NCBI GenBank assembly: GCA_963804955.1
Contig: CAWDSQ010000032.1
Span: 32,001 to 96,000 of the forward strand
Length of the DNA stretch: 64,000 bases
Source: an uncultured delta proteobacterium
GTDB taxonomy: Bacteria; Desulfobacterota; WTBG01; CAIYCZ01; CAIRTM01
Reading direction: 5' to 3'
Below, piece by piece: positions 11,169 to 21,876 of the stretch. Below the pieces are notes generated by a model. The model ran no database searches and was not told the origin of the DNA. It saw only the letters and a list, made by a program, of their open reading frames with translations. Numbering within the stretch: the stretch's first letter is position 1; every line of letters begins with the position of its first letter. A program made the position numbers and the translations under genes.

Positions 11169-12862
11169 TTAAAATGATTCAATCCGGGAAAGCCTGTACA
11201 GCCCGATTTTCATAGGCACAATACATGCCGCGGCGCTGAGGGTACAAATAAAAACAACGCAGCCGGCAATAATACCCCACTGGCCGGGCCGCAGCGGCTG
11301 CCCTGCTGCCACGGCATTCAGGTACATATGAAGCGGTAATGCTTCCACCATGACGATAAGAACACAAAAAAGCATTGCCAGCATCATATACACAAGCCCG
11401 CCGAAACCGGTTGGAATCTGTGCAATATTTTCATATCTGAAACGCGGAAAAGCCGCACCGATGCCGATACCCAGACTGGTAATACCAAATGTCATAAGAA
11501 GTACGGTTACGGCAGAAAGCAGCATCATGACACGATCAACTCCAAGCAGCCAGTTTGAGCAAATGATCAGAACTTCCGCCAGTACTGCGAGTAAAATACA
11601 ATTCATCCAGAACTTGCACCGGATCAGACCCCGCAGCCCTACAGGCGATGACTTTATGATCCAGAACGATTCACCTTCAAGGCTTATTGCAGGAAAAGCA
11701 AAACGGACGGCAACAGCGGTAATCACAAAACCGGCAAGCCCCAGATTTAAAAATGATAATATATTCTGAAGCTGCCGTGTTGGAATAGGGCTTTTATCAA
11801 GCGGCAGCACGCTGAAGTTATAAAGATATATAACAATTATAGCAAGCAGGATGAACAGCTGAGACCACTGGGCCGTATCACGGAGAAAAGAGCGGATATC
11901 CTTGTCAACGATTGCGCGCAGAGGGGGTGCAAGCAATGATAAAAGAGCATCGAGCACACGGTTAAACAAACCCCAGCGCTTCACGCGAATGCTCTTTGCC
12001 TCCTGAGCCTTGGACCAGGCATCAAAAAAGATGCGGCGGAAGCACCAGCCAAGCATGACTATAAAGGCAAGCGCCGTACTCCACAAACATGCAAAATGAA
12101 AAGCCTGCGCCATCTCCCTGTTTTTCAAAAAGAAATGCTGAAAGGACATCGGTTACCCACTGACTTGGCAGAAAGGGCGAGGCCGGCGCCTTGAGAACAC
12201 TGAGATAATCGATTACGCTAAAAAAAATATCCGGGTCAACAAGACGCTCAGGCTTCATGAACCGGAACATGCTGTACAGGCCGACAAAAAGAAAAAGGGC
12301 AAGAAGGAAAAATATGTCCTTAAGCCTGCGGGCGGGGAATGACTTTACCAGCCCAAGGGCGACGGCAGTGCCCAGGGCGCCTGAGATAATAAACAGGGGA
12401 ATCAATGTCAGCAGGACCATGCAGTAATAGGCTGCATCCTGCTTGAAAATAATGCCGTAGGACATAAAAACCGGCAAACTGAAAAGCAGTCACCATCCAT
12501 GAACTGTTGATAACGGTTTCAGCAAGCTTGGAAAGATACAGTTCGTCGGCGTCATAGGGCGTCGCCGTGACCAGCTGCAATTCCTCGGACATAAAAAAAA
12601 CTGAGAGCGCCGTGATAATATTGCTGAAAATCAGTATTGAAAAAAAAGAGAGTATGACCATGGAAAGAAGCTTGGCAGCAAGGAACGCCCCCACAATCTC
12701 AATGCCTTTAAAATATGCCAGCACACGGTAAAAAAGGATAAAAATGGCGGCCCAGAAAAGAATGCCGAAAAACCCCACAATCAGGGTTTTTCCGTACATT
12801 CGCCGATCCCGGTGTTTCAGCCGGTTGCGTATCTGAGCAAATCTTGGATATAGCAGCTTCAT
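11169..12862 (-). CDS. Multi-pass ABC-2-type permease (two frameshifts)
   Basis: Three overlapping hydrophobic ORFs (12320-12862, 12022-12477, 11169-12149); 'KDIRSFLRD', 'SLEGESFWIIKSSP'; follows an ABC ATPase. Confidence 0.8.
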
Positions 12863-12873
12863 TGTGGCACTAT

Positions 12874-13632
12874 TTACAACTGGAGAGAATCGGCAATTTT
12901 CCCCATCGCTTCATCCCCGGTCAGACGAAAAAAAATAGGCTCGAGCCGTTCGGCCTGGCTGCCGCTTGCTGCACGCAACTCTTTCATGGTGCCTACGGCA
13001 ATGAGCTGACCGTCCTGAATAATGCCGATACGGTCGCACATTTCCTCGGCTATCTCGAGCGTATGGGTCGACATGAAAACCGTTGCTCCGCCGTTGCAGA
13101 GTTCGCGGAACAGCCGCCTGACAAGACGCGATCCCCTGGGATCAAGGCCAACCATGGGTTCATCGACAATCAGCGCGGCGGGCTTATGAATAAGGGAGCC
13201 CGCCATGACAAGGCGCTGCTTCATGCCGTGAGAATAGCTTTCAATCAGATCATCCCCATAATCCGTCATCTCGAAAAGTTCAAAAAGCTGGCTTGTTCTG
13301 GGCGCTATATGCAGCGCAGCAACATTATACAGCCGCGCCATGAAACCCAAAAATTCCCGCCCGGTAAGCTTGCCGTAGAGAAAAGGCCGGTCGGGAATAA
13401 ACCCGCACAGCTGTTTGGCCTGCTGCGGATGTGTGTTGAGGTTCCAGTTTTGAATATAGATATCGCCCGCCGTAGGCTTGATGAGCCCCGCCATCATCTT
13501 GATTGTCGTTGTCTTTCCGGCTCCATTGGGCCCGAGAAAACCAAAAATTTCACCCTTTTTAATTTCAAGGCTTATACTGTTAACCGCCGTAACGGATGAA
13601 AATGTCTTGGTCAGATTTTCAAGCCTGATCAT
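12874..13632 (-). CDS. ABC transporter ATP-binding protein
   Basis: GPNGAGKTT, 'YSHGMKQR', 'IVDEP'. Confidence 0.95.
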   Translation of the reverse strand: MIRLENLTKTFSSVTAVNSISLEIKKGEIFGFLGPNGAGKTTTIKMMAGLIKPTAGDIYIQNWNLNTHPQQAKQLCGFIPDRPFLYGKLTGREFLGFMARLYNVAALHIAPRTSQLFELFEMTDYGDDLIESYSHGMKQRLVMAGSLIHKPAALIVDEPMVGLDPRGSRLVRRLFRELCNGGATVFMSTHTLEIAEEMCDRIGIIQDGQLIAVGTMKELRAASGSQAERLEPIFFRLTGDEAMGKIADSLQL

Positions 13633-15096
13633 AAAAACTCCAGCACATCGATTTCAAGTTTGCCTATGAGCTTTAAAATAGAGATCTGGTTTTCCAAATC
13701 CCCATCGACAAATTTAATATGGGAGACATCTGCCGGCACTTGATCCATGGTTGGATCGACACTCACCCAGCGGCCAAAAAAAACCTCGCACCATGCATGA
13801 TAAAAAAAACTGCCGTTCAGATGAACAAGGCCCGCCGCAACCCGGCACGGCACGCCTGCAGCACGGCATAATGCAGTTAAAAGCACGGCATGTTCATTAC
13901 AGTCGCCCTGTTTTGTTGCAAGAACCTCAAGAGCGCTGGGTATGCTCATAGTCGGTTTTTTTTCAATATTTTTATACACCCAGCTGGTTAATTTCCGCAC
14001 CACTGCATAAGCATTTTTCCCCCTGCCGGTCTGCTGCCGGACCAGGTCCAGAATAACCGGATTATCGCTTTGAATAAAAGGTGTTGCCTGTAGAAACGGC
14101 TCCATTTCAGGAAAGGCAAACGTCGTCCGAGCGCATATCCCCGGGGGAAATATCCTCACGCCTTATTTCAACGATATCTCCCACCAGACGCTGCCTGCCT
14201 TCATGTAATGCAAAACCTTCAAGAGAGACATTTTTTAGGCGCAGTTTCAAAAAAGACAGCCCCTGAGCAGAAAACGCCCTTGAAACTTTTATAGAGCTGG
14301 CAGCAATAATATCGGGTTTTTCGCCCCACCCCTTCTTTATAGCCTGCTCACGGTCTTCACGCACCAGCACCAGCCCCATAGGGCTCTCCTCACGAAGCGT
14401 TTCACCCTGTTCATTCACCCACGATGCAGTGGTCAGTCCCTCAAACGATGTCTTTACTTTATAGCAATCGTGACGCGTTCCATTAATCTCTAAAGGCTCC
14501 TTGTCCAGCACCTGCACCTGCATGGTTCTTGTGCTCAGGGTAAGCGGATCGAAAAACGGCTGGCTGTAGTTCATGCCGGGCTTTATGCCCCGCTTGAGCA
14601 GAAAATACCGCATACTGTTCGTAAGCACGGGAGGTTCCTTGAGAGGAATATCACGCCACTCTTTTTTTCCGCCGGTTAAAATATTCAATCTCATGCGCTG
14701 CCCTTGAACCGTTCCCGATACGGACATGCTGATAACACCTGAGGTTAGTCTGAAGCTGAAAATCTGCAGCCGCATATCTCCGTCAGCAACCACATTGACA
14801 TGCGTCTGTATCCGCTGGGGCATACCCATAACCGTAAGGTCCATAAAAACCTCCTCGGTACTATGATAGCCTTCCTCTATGCGTTTGAGCTCTGAGCTGC
14901 TGTACCCGATTTTACTGCCCTTCAGATAGATGCCCGACCACTCCTGACGCGATTCAACAGCCGTGCCTATGAATTGCTTTTCGAGCTGCACAGGGCGAAA
15001 TGCCGCTATCTGCTCCATAGCCAGCATAGCCATCAGCACAATCCAGCAAACGACAATAAGAATTCCGACTGTTTCGTATAAGCGTTTCATATGCAT
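13629..15096 (-). CDS. Membrane-anchored transglutaminase-like protein (frameshift near 14130)
   Basis: N-terminal TM; catalytic triad context 'GDCNEHA', 'YHAWCEV', 'WVSVDPT'. Confidence 0.85.
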
Positions 15097-15159
15097 AAGA
15101 AAAAACCCTGATGCCGGCAGGGAATCAGGGTTTTCAATTTTTTTCAATAAAACAGGGAG

Positions 15160-15489
15160 TCACGGCGTTTCAACCGGCTGCTCCTGCTGAGAGTGTGGGG
15201 GTTGGTTCACAACCTGATGATTAATGCGATCCTTCAACTCCTTGCCGACCTTAAAAAATGGACGGCGTTTAGGCTCGATGGTTATAACAGAGCCGGTACG
15301 CGGATGATTACCGGTACGGCCCTTGTACTCGCGCACCTTGAAGCTTCCAAAGCCCCGTATTTCAATGCCTTCACCCTTGATAAGCGCATCGATCATGGCA
15401 TCAAAAACCGTATTCACAGCAATCTCTGCAATTTTGGGCTGAATATTTGCCTGCTCTGAAAGCTGCTGGATTAACTCAGATTTGACCAT
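15160..15489 (-). CDS. ihfB: Integration host factor beta / HU-family DNA-binding protein
   Basis: 'MVKSELI...IEIRGFGSF...PFFKVGKELKDRIN'. Confidence 0.9.
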   Translation of the reverse strand: MVKSELIQQLSEQANIQPKIAEIAVNTVFDAMIDALIKGEGIEIRGFGSFKVREYKGRTGNHPRTGSVITIEPKRRPFFKVGKELKDRINHQVVNQPPHSQQEQPVETP

Positions 15490-15545
15490 TGGTGATCCCT
15501 CGTGAATGTATCAGTAAATTCATAAGTAATTTCAATAGGTAAAAA

Positions 15546-15574
15546 TTTATAGCTAATTGATTCTCCAATGTCAA
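15546..15574 (-). promoter_or_regulatory. Sigma70 promoter upstream of ihfB
   Basis: Minus strand TTGACA-17 bp-TATAAA. Confidence 0.6.
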
Positions 15575-15582
15575 CAAAGTTT

Positions 15583-16160
15583 TCAAAATCTTTTTCCGCC
15601 TTTGCGGATCATGTCAAAATAATACATTTATGCTCTGGGCAGCCTCAGGGGAATACATGACCGCGCTTAGTTCGTGATTTTTTGCCAAAGCATGGAAAGT
15701 CCAGTTCGTGCTTCCAAGTACGGCGATAGCATTATCAAAAACCAGAAATTTTGTATGCGTTGTCAGCTGAGCATTGTCAAAAAAAACAGCAATGCCTGCT
15801 TTCTTGAGCAAACCGGCTGTTTGTGTGTTGCTCCGGGCAACCTCGTCTAGACTTCCTCCATTGTCTAAAACCACTTCAACCTTGACGCCACGCTTATGTG
15901 CCTGCAATGAGCCCATGCACAAGCTTATTGCTTGGGCTGTCAGGATGAGTGGTGTAAACAACAGCCTGAAACATGCAGACCCGTATTGAATTTTGAGCGC
16001 CATTAATCAACCGCATGACTTCAGGGTAATAGTCCTGGTCTTTTAGCAGTTCCATTTTTTTTACTTCAAAACCATGGGATTGCGGACAGGGTACAACAAA
16101 AATAAAAAATGCACTTATAAATAAAAAAATATTAAAAATAATTATTTTTTTAAAGTGCAT
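15583..16160 (-). CDS. Exported single-HKD phospholipase D/Nuc-type protein (frameshifted)
   Basis: Signal-peptide-like start; 'HTKFLVFD' (HxK-x4-D) and 'GSTNWT'. Confidence 0.8.
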
Positions 16161-16164
16161 ATGT

Positions 16165-16386
16165 CTAGCCATCTTTTCTTTGAGTAATCGGCGCGGTGGA
16201 ATTTTCATCATCTTCCTCTATATCCCCATCCCCCGCAGGGATACTGTAGCCTTCTTCAAGCCATGTGCCAAGATCAATTAAACGGCAGCGTTTGGAACAG
16301 AAAGGCCTGAACGGATTGTCTGTGCGATAAGCAACTTTTTTTTTACATGTGGGACAGCGAACCATCAATGGCATACAGGAACTCAT
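16165..16386 (-). CDS. yacG: DNA gyrase inhibitor YacG
   Basis: 'CPTCKK...PFRPFCSKRCRLIDLGTW'. Confidence 0.93.
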   Translation of the reverse strand: MSSCMPLMVRCPTCKKKVAYRTDNPFRPFCSKRCRLIDLGTWLEEGYSIPAGDGDIEEDDENSTAPITQRKDG

Positions 16387-16486
16387 TTCTAGATCAATTG
16401 GTTGAATGCTGGAATTAAAATTTTTTCATCGCCATAGTCTCTGCCTGTCATCTATCAATTCATGGCTTTAATGTCAATAAAACCTG

Positions 16487-16515
16487 TTGCCAGATGAACG
16501 AGGAGCGATTATAGT
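16487..16515 (+). promoter_or_regulatory. Sigma70 promoter upstream of the AIR-synthase-like gene
   Basis: TTGCCA-17 bp-TATAGT. Confidence 0.5.
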
Positions 16516-16584
16516 AACCGTACAAAAAAATGACTGCTAAGCGCGCTAAAAGCTTCATTTTATTAGAAGGAATTACAGCATATT

Positions 16585-17553
16585 ATGCTTAAAGACCTCA
16601 TACAGCAAATCATACAGTACCCGGGCATAACGCGAAAACGCGATATTTATAAAATAACCTCCGCGCTTGCAGATATGACCGATTTTGGCAATACAGCTAT
16701 CGGATTTGGCGACGATGCTGCCGCGATTTATCACAATGGAGAATATCTTCTCCTTGCTGCAGACGGAATCTGGTCCGGTCTTATCGAGGCAAATCCCTAT
16801 GGCGCAGGCAAGGCATCAGTCATGGCCAGCGTGAATGATATTTATGCTATGGGCGGCAGACCACTGGCAATGGTAAACGTTATCGGCATGCCCGACGCAT
16901 CGTATTACGATGAAATCGTCCGGGGTATACGAAAAGGTTGTGAAAAATTCCGTGTGCCTATGGTCGGCGGGCATCTGCATCCGGACACGCGAGAGGTGTC
17001 GCTTTCTGTTGCCATCCTTGGAAGTGCAAAAAAACTGCTGCGAAGCGACAATGCCATGCCGGGGCAGGATCTGGTCTTTGCTGTGGATCTTGAAGGTCGC
17101 GGCTTTCAATGCAAGCCGGTTCTCAGCTGGGACACCAATTCCGGCAAAACATCCGAGCAGGCCCTGGCACGGCTCAATATTTTACCGCAACTGGCGGAAG
17201 AAAGCCTGTGCGCTACCTGCAAAGATGTAAGTAATGGGGGACTGCTGGGGACTATAGCGTTGCTTCTTGAAACCTCAAAAGTAGGAGCCATGGTAAACAT
17301 CGATGCTGTCCCCCGCCCATTAGACTTTCCGCTTACCGACTGGCTTAAAGCTTTTTTGAGCTATGGATTTATTCTGACCGTCAATAAAGAATTAACCTCA
17401 AAAGTCATAGATGCTTTTTCACAGCAGCGGATAACAGCTCTTGCCATCGGCACAATCATCGATGAGCGACGCCTCCATGTGTCACTTGCAGGAGAACAGG
17501 GTGTTCTTTTTGATCTGATGCGGGAGCCCATAACAGGGATACTTATGGAATGA
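16585..17553 (+). CDS. AIR synthase/PurM-like protein (methanogenesis marker 2 / sll0787-like clade)
   Basis: 'GITRKRDI', 'GDDAAAI', 'LLAADGIW', 'VNDIYAMGGRP', 'VGGHLHPD', 'KDVSNGGLLGT'. Confidence 0.8.
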   Translation: MLKDLIQQIIQYPGITRKRDIYKITSALADMTDFGNTAIGFGDDAAAIYHNGEYLLLAADGIWSGLIEANPYGAGKASVMASVNDIYAMGGRPLAMVNVIGMPDASYYDEIVRGIRKGCEKFRVPMVGGHLHPDTREVSLSVAILGSAKKLLRSDNAMPGQDLVFAVDLEGRGFQCKPVLSWDTNSGKTSEQALARLNILPQLAEESLCATCKDVSNGGLLGTIALLLETSKVGAMVNIDAVPRPLDFPLTDWLKAFLSYGFILTVNKELTSKVIDAFSQQRITALAIGTIIDERRLHVSLAGEQGVLFDLMREPITGILME

Positions 17554-17704
17554 TGAACCCGCACGGCGCACAGTCCTTTCGTGACCCGTTTTTTGAAATG
17601 CACGCTCCCCATGATTAAAAAAAAACCGAGTCAGAAAAGCGCTTGCGTCATGTCTAAAGTTTTAATTGTAGCCAGCGCTGTCCTATTCGCCCGGAGCACT
17701 TGAT

Positions 17705-19012
17705 ATGTATTGTCCAAAATGCATGATTGCAATTGATCTCAACGGAGCGAAAAACTGCCCGCACTGCGCAACCCCTCTTGCAGAAATACCGGCGCCGTTG
17801 AGCACGACCCCAGCGGCCCATACAACCAGTCAGTCGCCAGCAGATCTTCAGGACGGGGCTATCCTGCAGGACGGCACACATGATGCGCAGTCCGACCCGC
17901 TGTTTCCTGCATTAAACGAAAATTTTTTTTCTCTTGAAAAGGCACTCAACGATACTTCCATCACATACAACGATGCCGCATCCCAAACAAATTCCACAAA
18001 ACATGATCTGCACAGCAGTACATCTTTCGGCAATAAAGAAGCGGAAACTGCCCATGCATCTGATCATGACATGACACATGACGGCATCTTCGGACAGATA
18101 CTTGATGCAACTATCCATGATACAGCAACAGGGGAAACAATGCATTTTCAAGACAGGGCAGACAGTTCAGTCTGGCAGCAGGCCCAGTCTTGCGAATTGC
18201 TCGATAAAGTATTTGATAAAATACAGCTGGATGATCAATGTGCACGTGCGCCGGGATCAAAATCCCTTGCCATTACCGCGCTGCTGGGCGCGCTCATATT
18301 ACTGTCTGCTATCGGATCGGGCATTTATTATCTCAAGCATACAACAGCGCAGGAAGCGGCTCTGCAAACGCCCGCAAACGTTCTTATATTGCCCTCACCC
18401 GAAGCGCCTGCACCAACGTTAAAGACTCCCCCTCCGGCGGAACAACAAAATGAGGAAGGCGCCACATATACGGCACAGGTTGGTTCGCAGGCAAGGCAGG
18501 ACATTTCGGCATATCAGACACCTGTTCCGGATGAGGCGCGGCACACCTCTGACAGCCCTGAGGCACAGGATGTTCATGGTATACCGTCGAAACAGGCAGA
18601 GGAAGCAGGTACACCTGTGCCGCAAAAAAACATGCCGTCTTCAGGGGAGGCGCCATCAGTCACTGCGACATCACTCCGCCCCCGCGAAAACAATAAAGAC
18701 GCCTCCGTCACTATCGCAACCGCACAAAGCAGCAGTCTGTCCTCTGCAGCAAAAGTCCTTACCGATTCCGAAAACGGTTCGCATATACTGATGTGCGGTT
18801 CATTTCAAAACAAAGACAAAGCACTTAAGCAGGCTGCAAAAATAAGGGCTAAAGGATATAAGCCCTTTGTCGAAACAGCCGATCTCGGTAGTAAGGGGAT
18901 ATGGTACCGAATTAAAATAGCCGGGTTTAATTCAAAGGATGCAGCGGAAAAAGCCCGGGGCGAATTGAACAGGGCATTAAAACTTGCAGCAATTGTAGCC
19001 AAACGCAAATAA
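17705..19012 (+). CDS. Bitopic SPOR-domain protein with N-terminal zinc ribbon
   Basis: CPKC...CPHC, acidic linker, one TM, P/A-rich linker, SPOR 'CGSFQN...WYRIKIAGFNSK'. Confidence 0.8.
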   Translation: MYCPKCMIAIDLNGAKNCPHCATPLAEIPAPLSTTPAAHTTSQSPADLQDGAILQDGTHDAQSDPLFPALNENFFSLEKALNDTSITYNDAASQTNSTKHDLHSSTSFGNKEAETAHASDHDMTHDGIFGQILDATIHDTATGETMHFQDRADSSVWQQAQSCELLDKVFDKIQLDDQCARAPGSKSLAITALLGALILLSAIGSGIYYLKHTTAQEAALQTPANVLILPSPEAPAPTLKTPPPAEQQNEEGATYTAQVGSQARQDISAYQTPVPDEARHTSDSPEAQDVHGIPSKQAEEAGTPVPQKNMPSSGEAPSVTATSLRPRENNKDASVTIATAQSSSLSSAAKVLTDSENGSHILMCGSFQNKDKALKQAAKIRAKGYKPFVETADLGSKGIWYRIKIAGFNSKDAAEKARGELNRALKLAAIVAKRK

Positions 19013-19015
19013 AAT

Positions 19016-19049
19016 TTTCAGCAGCAGGCACGAACTGCGGCTGCTGAAA
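19016..19049. terminator. Hairpin between convergent genes
   Basis: tttcagcagc...gctgctgaaa inverted repeat. Confidence 0.5.
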
Positions 19050-19158
19050 CGCATCACTGTCTTCTCCTGAGTAAAACTGCTGGCTGCATACAAGCCTCTT
19101 GAAACACCTCTATCCATACCTTAACCTTTAAAAACTTTTGAGGCCATAAACAACAAAT

Positions 19159-20040
19159 CTACAGCAAAACAGCACACACAGCCAGCCCATACAAAACCAC
19201 AGAAAGAAGTATTGGCCTATCATTGAGCAGTGCTTTTTCAGGGCTCCCCCCTTCGTTTTTCTGATAAACAAGATACAGGTAGCGAAAAATACCGTACAGA
19301 ACAAAAGGGATTGTATACTTAAGCTTATCGCTTCCAAATTTTGCTACCGTCTCGGCAGAAACAGTGTAGAGAATATAGGCAATAAGAGTTGCAGTTGTTA
19401 CGATTGAAATCATCTGGTCCAGAAGGCCGGTACTGTATTCATCAAGGATTCGGCGATGCTCTCCCGCACTATCCTCAAGCAGTACAAGTTCATGACGTCG
19501 CTTGCTGAGAGCAAGGAAAAGAGCTAAAAGAATAGTACAAAAAAATAACCACGTGGAAAAAGAAACTTCAATGGCAACGGCACCGGCGACAACGCGCAGC
19601 AAGAAACCTGCTGCTATGCAGAACACATCGATAATGACAACATGTTTCAACCATGATGAATAGCATATCTGAAGAATAAGGTAGCAGGCAGCAATACCAG
19701 TGAATTGCCAGTTAAGAAGGGTCAGAGAACTGAGCGTTAAACCGGCCAGCAGTGCTGTCAGGAAAAGAACTGCTGCACGGGGCTTCAGCAGACCTGACGC
19801 AAGAGGCCGTTTGCATTTAAGCGGATGCTTGCGGTCCTGTTTAATATCAATCAGATCGTTTATAATATATACCGAACCGGAAAGAGCGCAAAATACAGCA
19901 AAAGCCAGGCATACCTCCAAAACAAGGGGGGTCTTCAGGAAATTTTGTGAAAATAAAAGAGGGGCAAAAATAATGGCGTTTTTTGTCCACTGCTTTGGCC
20001 GCATAGAGCGGAACAAAAGAAAAACTGCGCTTTTATTCAT
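19159..20040 (-). CDS. UbiA-family polyprenyl-phosphate phosphoribosyltransferase (DPPR synthase-like)
   Basis: 'RPKQWTKN', 'YIINDLID...DRKHP.K..RPLASG', 'KRRHEL', 'GGSPE'. Confidence 0.9.
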   Translation of the reverse strand: MNKSAVFLLFRSMRPKQWTKNAIIFAPLLFSQNFLKTPLVLEVCLAFAVFCALSGSVYIINDLIDIKQDRKHPLKCKRPLASGLLKPRAAVLFLTALLAGLTLSSLTLLNWQFTGIAACYLILQICYSSWLKHVVIIDVFCIAAGFLLRVVAGAVAIEVSFSTWLFFCTILLALFLALSKRRHELVLLEDSAGEHRRILDEYSTGLLDQMISIVTTATLIAYILYTVSAETVAKFGSDKLKYTIPFVLYGIFRYLYLVYQKNEGGSPEKALLNDRPILLSVVLYGLAVCAVLL

Positions 20041-20073
20041 TTGATGAGCCTGACCGTTCCTGTTTTTTTGTCT

Positions 20074-20430
20074 TTAGCGCGCTACCATCCAGACACCGGC
20101 AATGATCAGTCCGATTCCGGAAAGCTGAACACCGCTTAAACTTTCCTTAAATAAAACACATGATACAAGTATCACAAGAATATAGCCAATACTTGTATTG
20201 ATCGGATAGGCGACGCTCAGATTCATTTTAATAAGGGCATAATTATAGGCAGCAAGCCCGAGTGCAAAACAGCCAATCCCCCCCCAGATAACAGGATTGG
20301 TTGCCATGTTTATAAACACATCTGCAATCTGATTGTTTTCCTTAGGCTTGAGAGCGCCGGCCTTCATGAGAATATTAGCGGCTGCATTCAACACGATTGA
20401 AACAGCGAGCAAAACATAGGTCGTGAACAT
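20074..20430 (-). CDS. SMR/EamA-family small transporter (ArnE/F-like flippase)
   Basis: 4 TM segments, 'LSVAYP', 'LFKESL'. Confidence 0.8.
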   Translation of the reverse strand: MFTTYVLLAVSIVLNAAANILMKAGALKPKENNQIADVFINMATNPVIWGGIGCFALGLAAYNYALIKMNLSVAYPINTSIGYILVILVSCVLFKESLSGVQLSGIGLIIAGVWMVAR

Positions 20431-20652
20431 ATTCCCGGCTCCCTTCCCGACGAACCGCACAGCGCTGTGCAGCCAGTTCAATAAGCACTTAATTTTTCTT
20501 CAGTATTTGCGTATTTGCAAATTGTTCGGTTTTGTGTTTGTATAAATATTTATCGAAAACACAATTTAATCCCAATACGATTATTGCAAAATAAAATAAG
20601 ATTTTGCAACAATTACATAGAGCTCTTTTTTTGTCAATGGGAACGCATACTC

Positions 20653-21876
20653 ATGAACAGCTTCGCAGGCACAAGTAAAAAACTACTGATTACAACCTCA
20701 ACATTTCCCCGCTGGCAGGGTGACACTGATCCGCCCTTTGTCTTCGACCTGGCGATACGTCTTAAAGACACCTTCGATATACTTGTGCTGTGCCCGCACG
20801 CTGCAGCGTTAAAAACGTCTGAAATAGTTGCCGGCATGACAGTAAAGCGCTTCCGCTATTTCTTCACTCGTTATGAAACCCTGGCTTATGGCAGCGGCAT
20901 ACTGAACAGGTTCAGGGAAAGCCATTTGTATTACTGCCTTGTCCCGTTTTTCCTTGCAGGCCAGCTGCTTGCGACAATACGCTGTTTGTTGTTGGACCGG
21001 CCGGATATTATAAATGCTCACTGGCTCATCCCGCAGGGATTGATAGCAGTACTGGCAAAAAAAATAACGGGGACAAAGGCTCCGATTGTTTGCACTATTC
21101 ATGGCGGGGATATTTTCGGACTCAAGGGCTCTGTCATGGGCGCTCTTAAACGCTTTGTGCTCAAACAATGTGCTGCGGTGAATGTCGTAAGCAATGCCAT
21201 GACACAAGCTATTGCCGGCCTGGGTATAGACCACAGGTGCATCAATGTCATTCCTATGGGTGTCGACCTTAAAAATAAATTCATTCCCGGAAAACAAGCC
21301 AAAACTTCAAAATCACTTCTTTTCGTCGGCCGTTTTGCTGAAAAAAAAGGGCTCATCTACCTTATTAATGCCATGCCGATTGTTCTGAACAAACACCCCG
21401 ATGCACGTTTAACTATCGTCGGACACGGACCTCTTGAACACGCCATCATCAAACGCATAGCAGAATTAGGACTTCAGCATGCCATCCATATCGCCGGCGC
21501 TTTTGAAAATGCAAAACTGCCCGCCATCTACCAGACAAGCCAAATTGTTGTTTTTCCCTCCATTATCGCTGACAGCGGAGATACTGAAGGCTTCGGTCTT
21601 GTCATGGTCGAGGCGATGGGCTGCGGCTGCGCTGTCATTGCATCAGATTTGCCAGCCATTCATGACAGTGTCATAGACGGACAAACAGGACTGCTTGTTC
21701 CACAAAAAGACACCCCCGCGCTTGCAAAAAAAATTATACGCCTCCTGGACAATCCGGAGCAGGTGGAAACACTGGCTCTGCAGGCACGAAAGTATGTTCT
21801 TGAGCGATACGACTGGACGATTACCGCGCAAAAATACATTGCTACTTTCAACAGCTCGCTGCAGAAACAGTACTAA
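20653..21876 (+). CDS. GT4-family glycosyltransferase
   Basis: 'TFPRWQGD', 'HWLIPQG', 'FVGRFAEKKG', 'EGFGLVMVEAMGCG'. Confidence 0.92.
   Translation: MNSFAGTSKKLLITTSTFPRWQGDTDPPFVFDLAIRLKDTFDILVLCPHAAALKTSEIVAGMTVKRFRYFFTRYETLAYGSGILNRFRESHLYYCLVPFFLAGQLLATIRCLLLDRPDIINAHWLIPQGLIAVLAKKITGTKAPIVCTIHGGDIFGLKGSVMGALKRFVLKQCAAVNVVSNAMTQAIAGLGIDHRCINVIPMGVDLKNKFIPGKQAKTSKSLLFVGRFAEKKGLIYLINAMPIVLNKHPDARLTIVGHGPLEHAIIKRIAELGLQHAIHIAGAFENAKLPAIYQTSQIVVFPSIIADSGDTEGFGLVMVEAMGCGCAVIASDLPAIHDSVIDGQTGLLVPQKDTPALAKKIIRLLDNPEQVETLALQARKYVLERYDWTITAQKYIATFNSSLQKQY

Noticed and set aside
15583..16160. PLD nuclease as an anti-phage defence gene
   Set aside because: It has a signal peptide, a housekeeping context (yacG, ihfB) and no defence partners.
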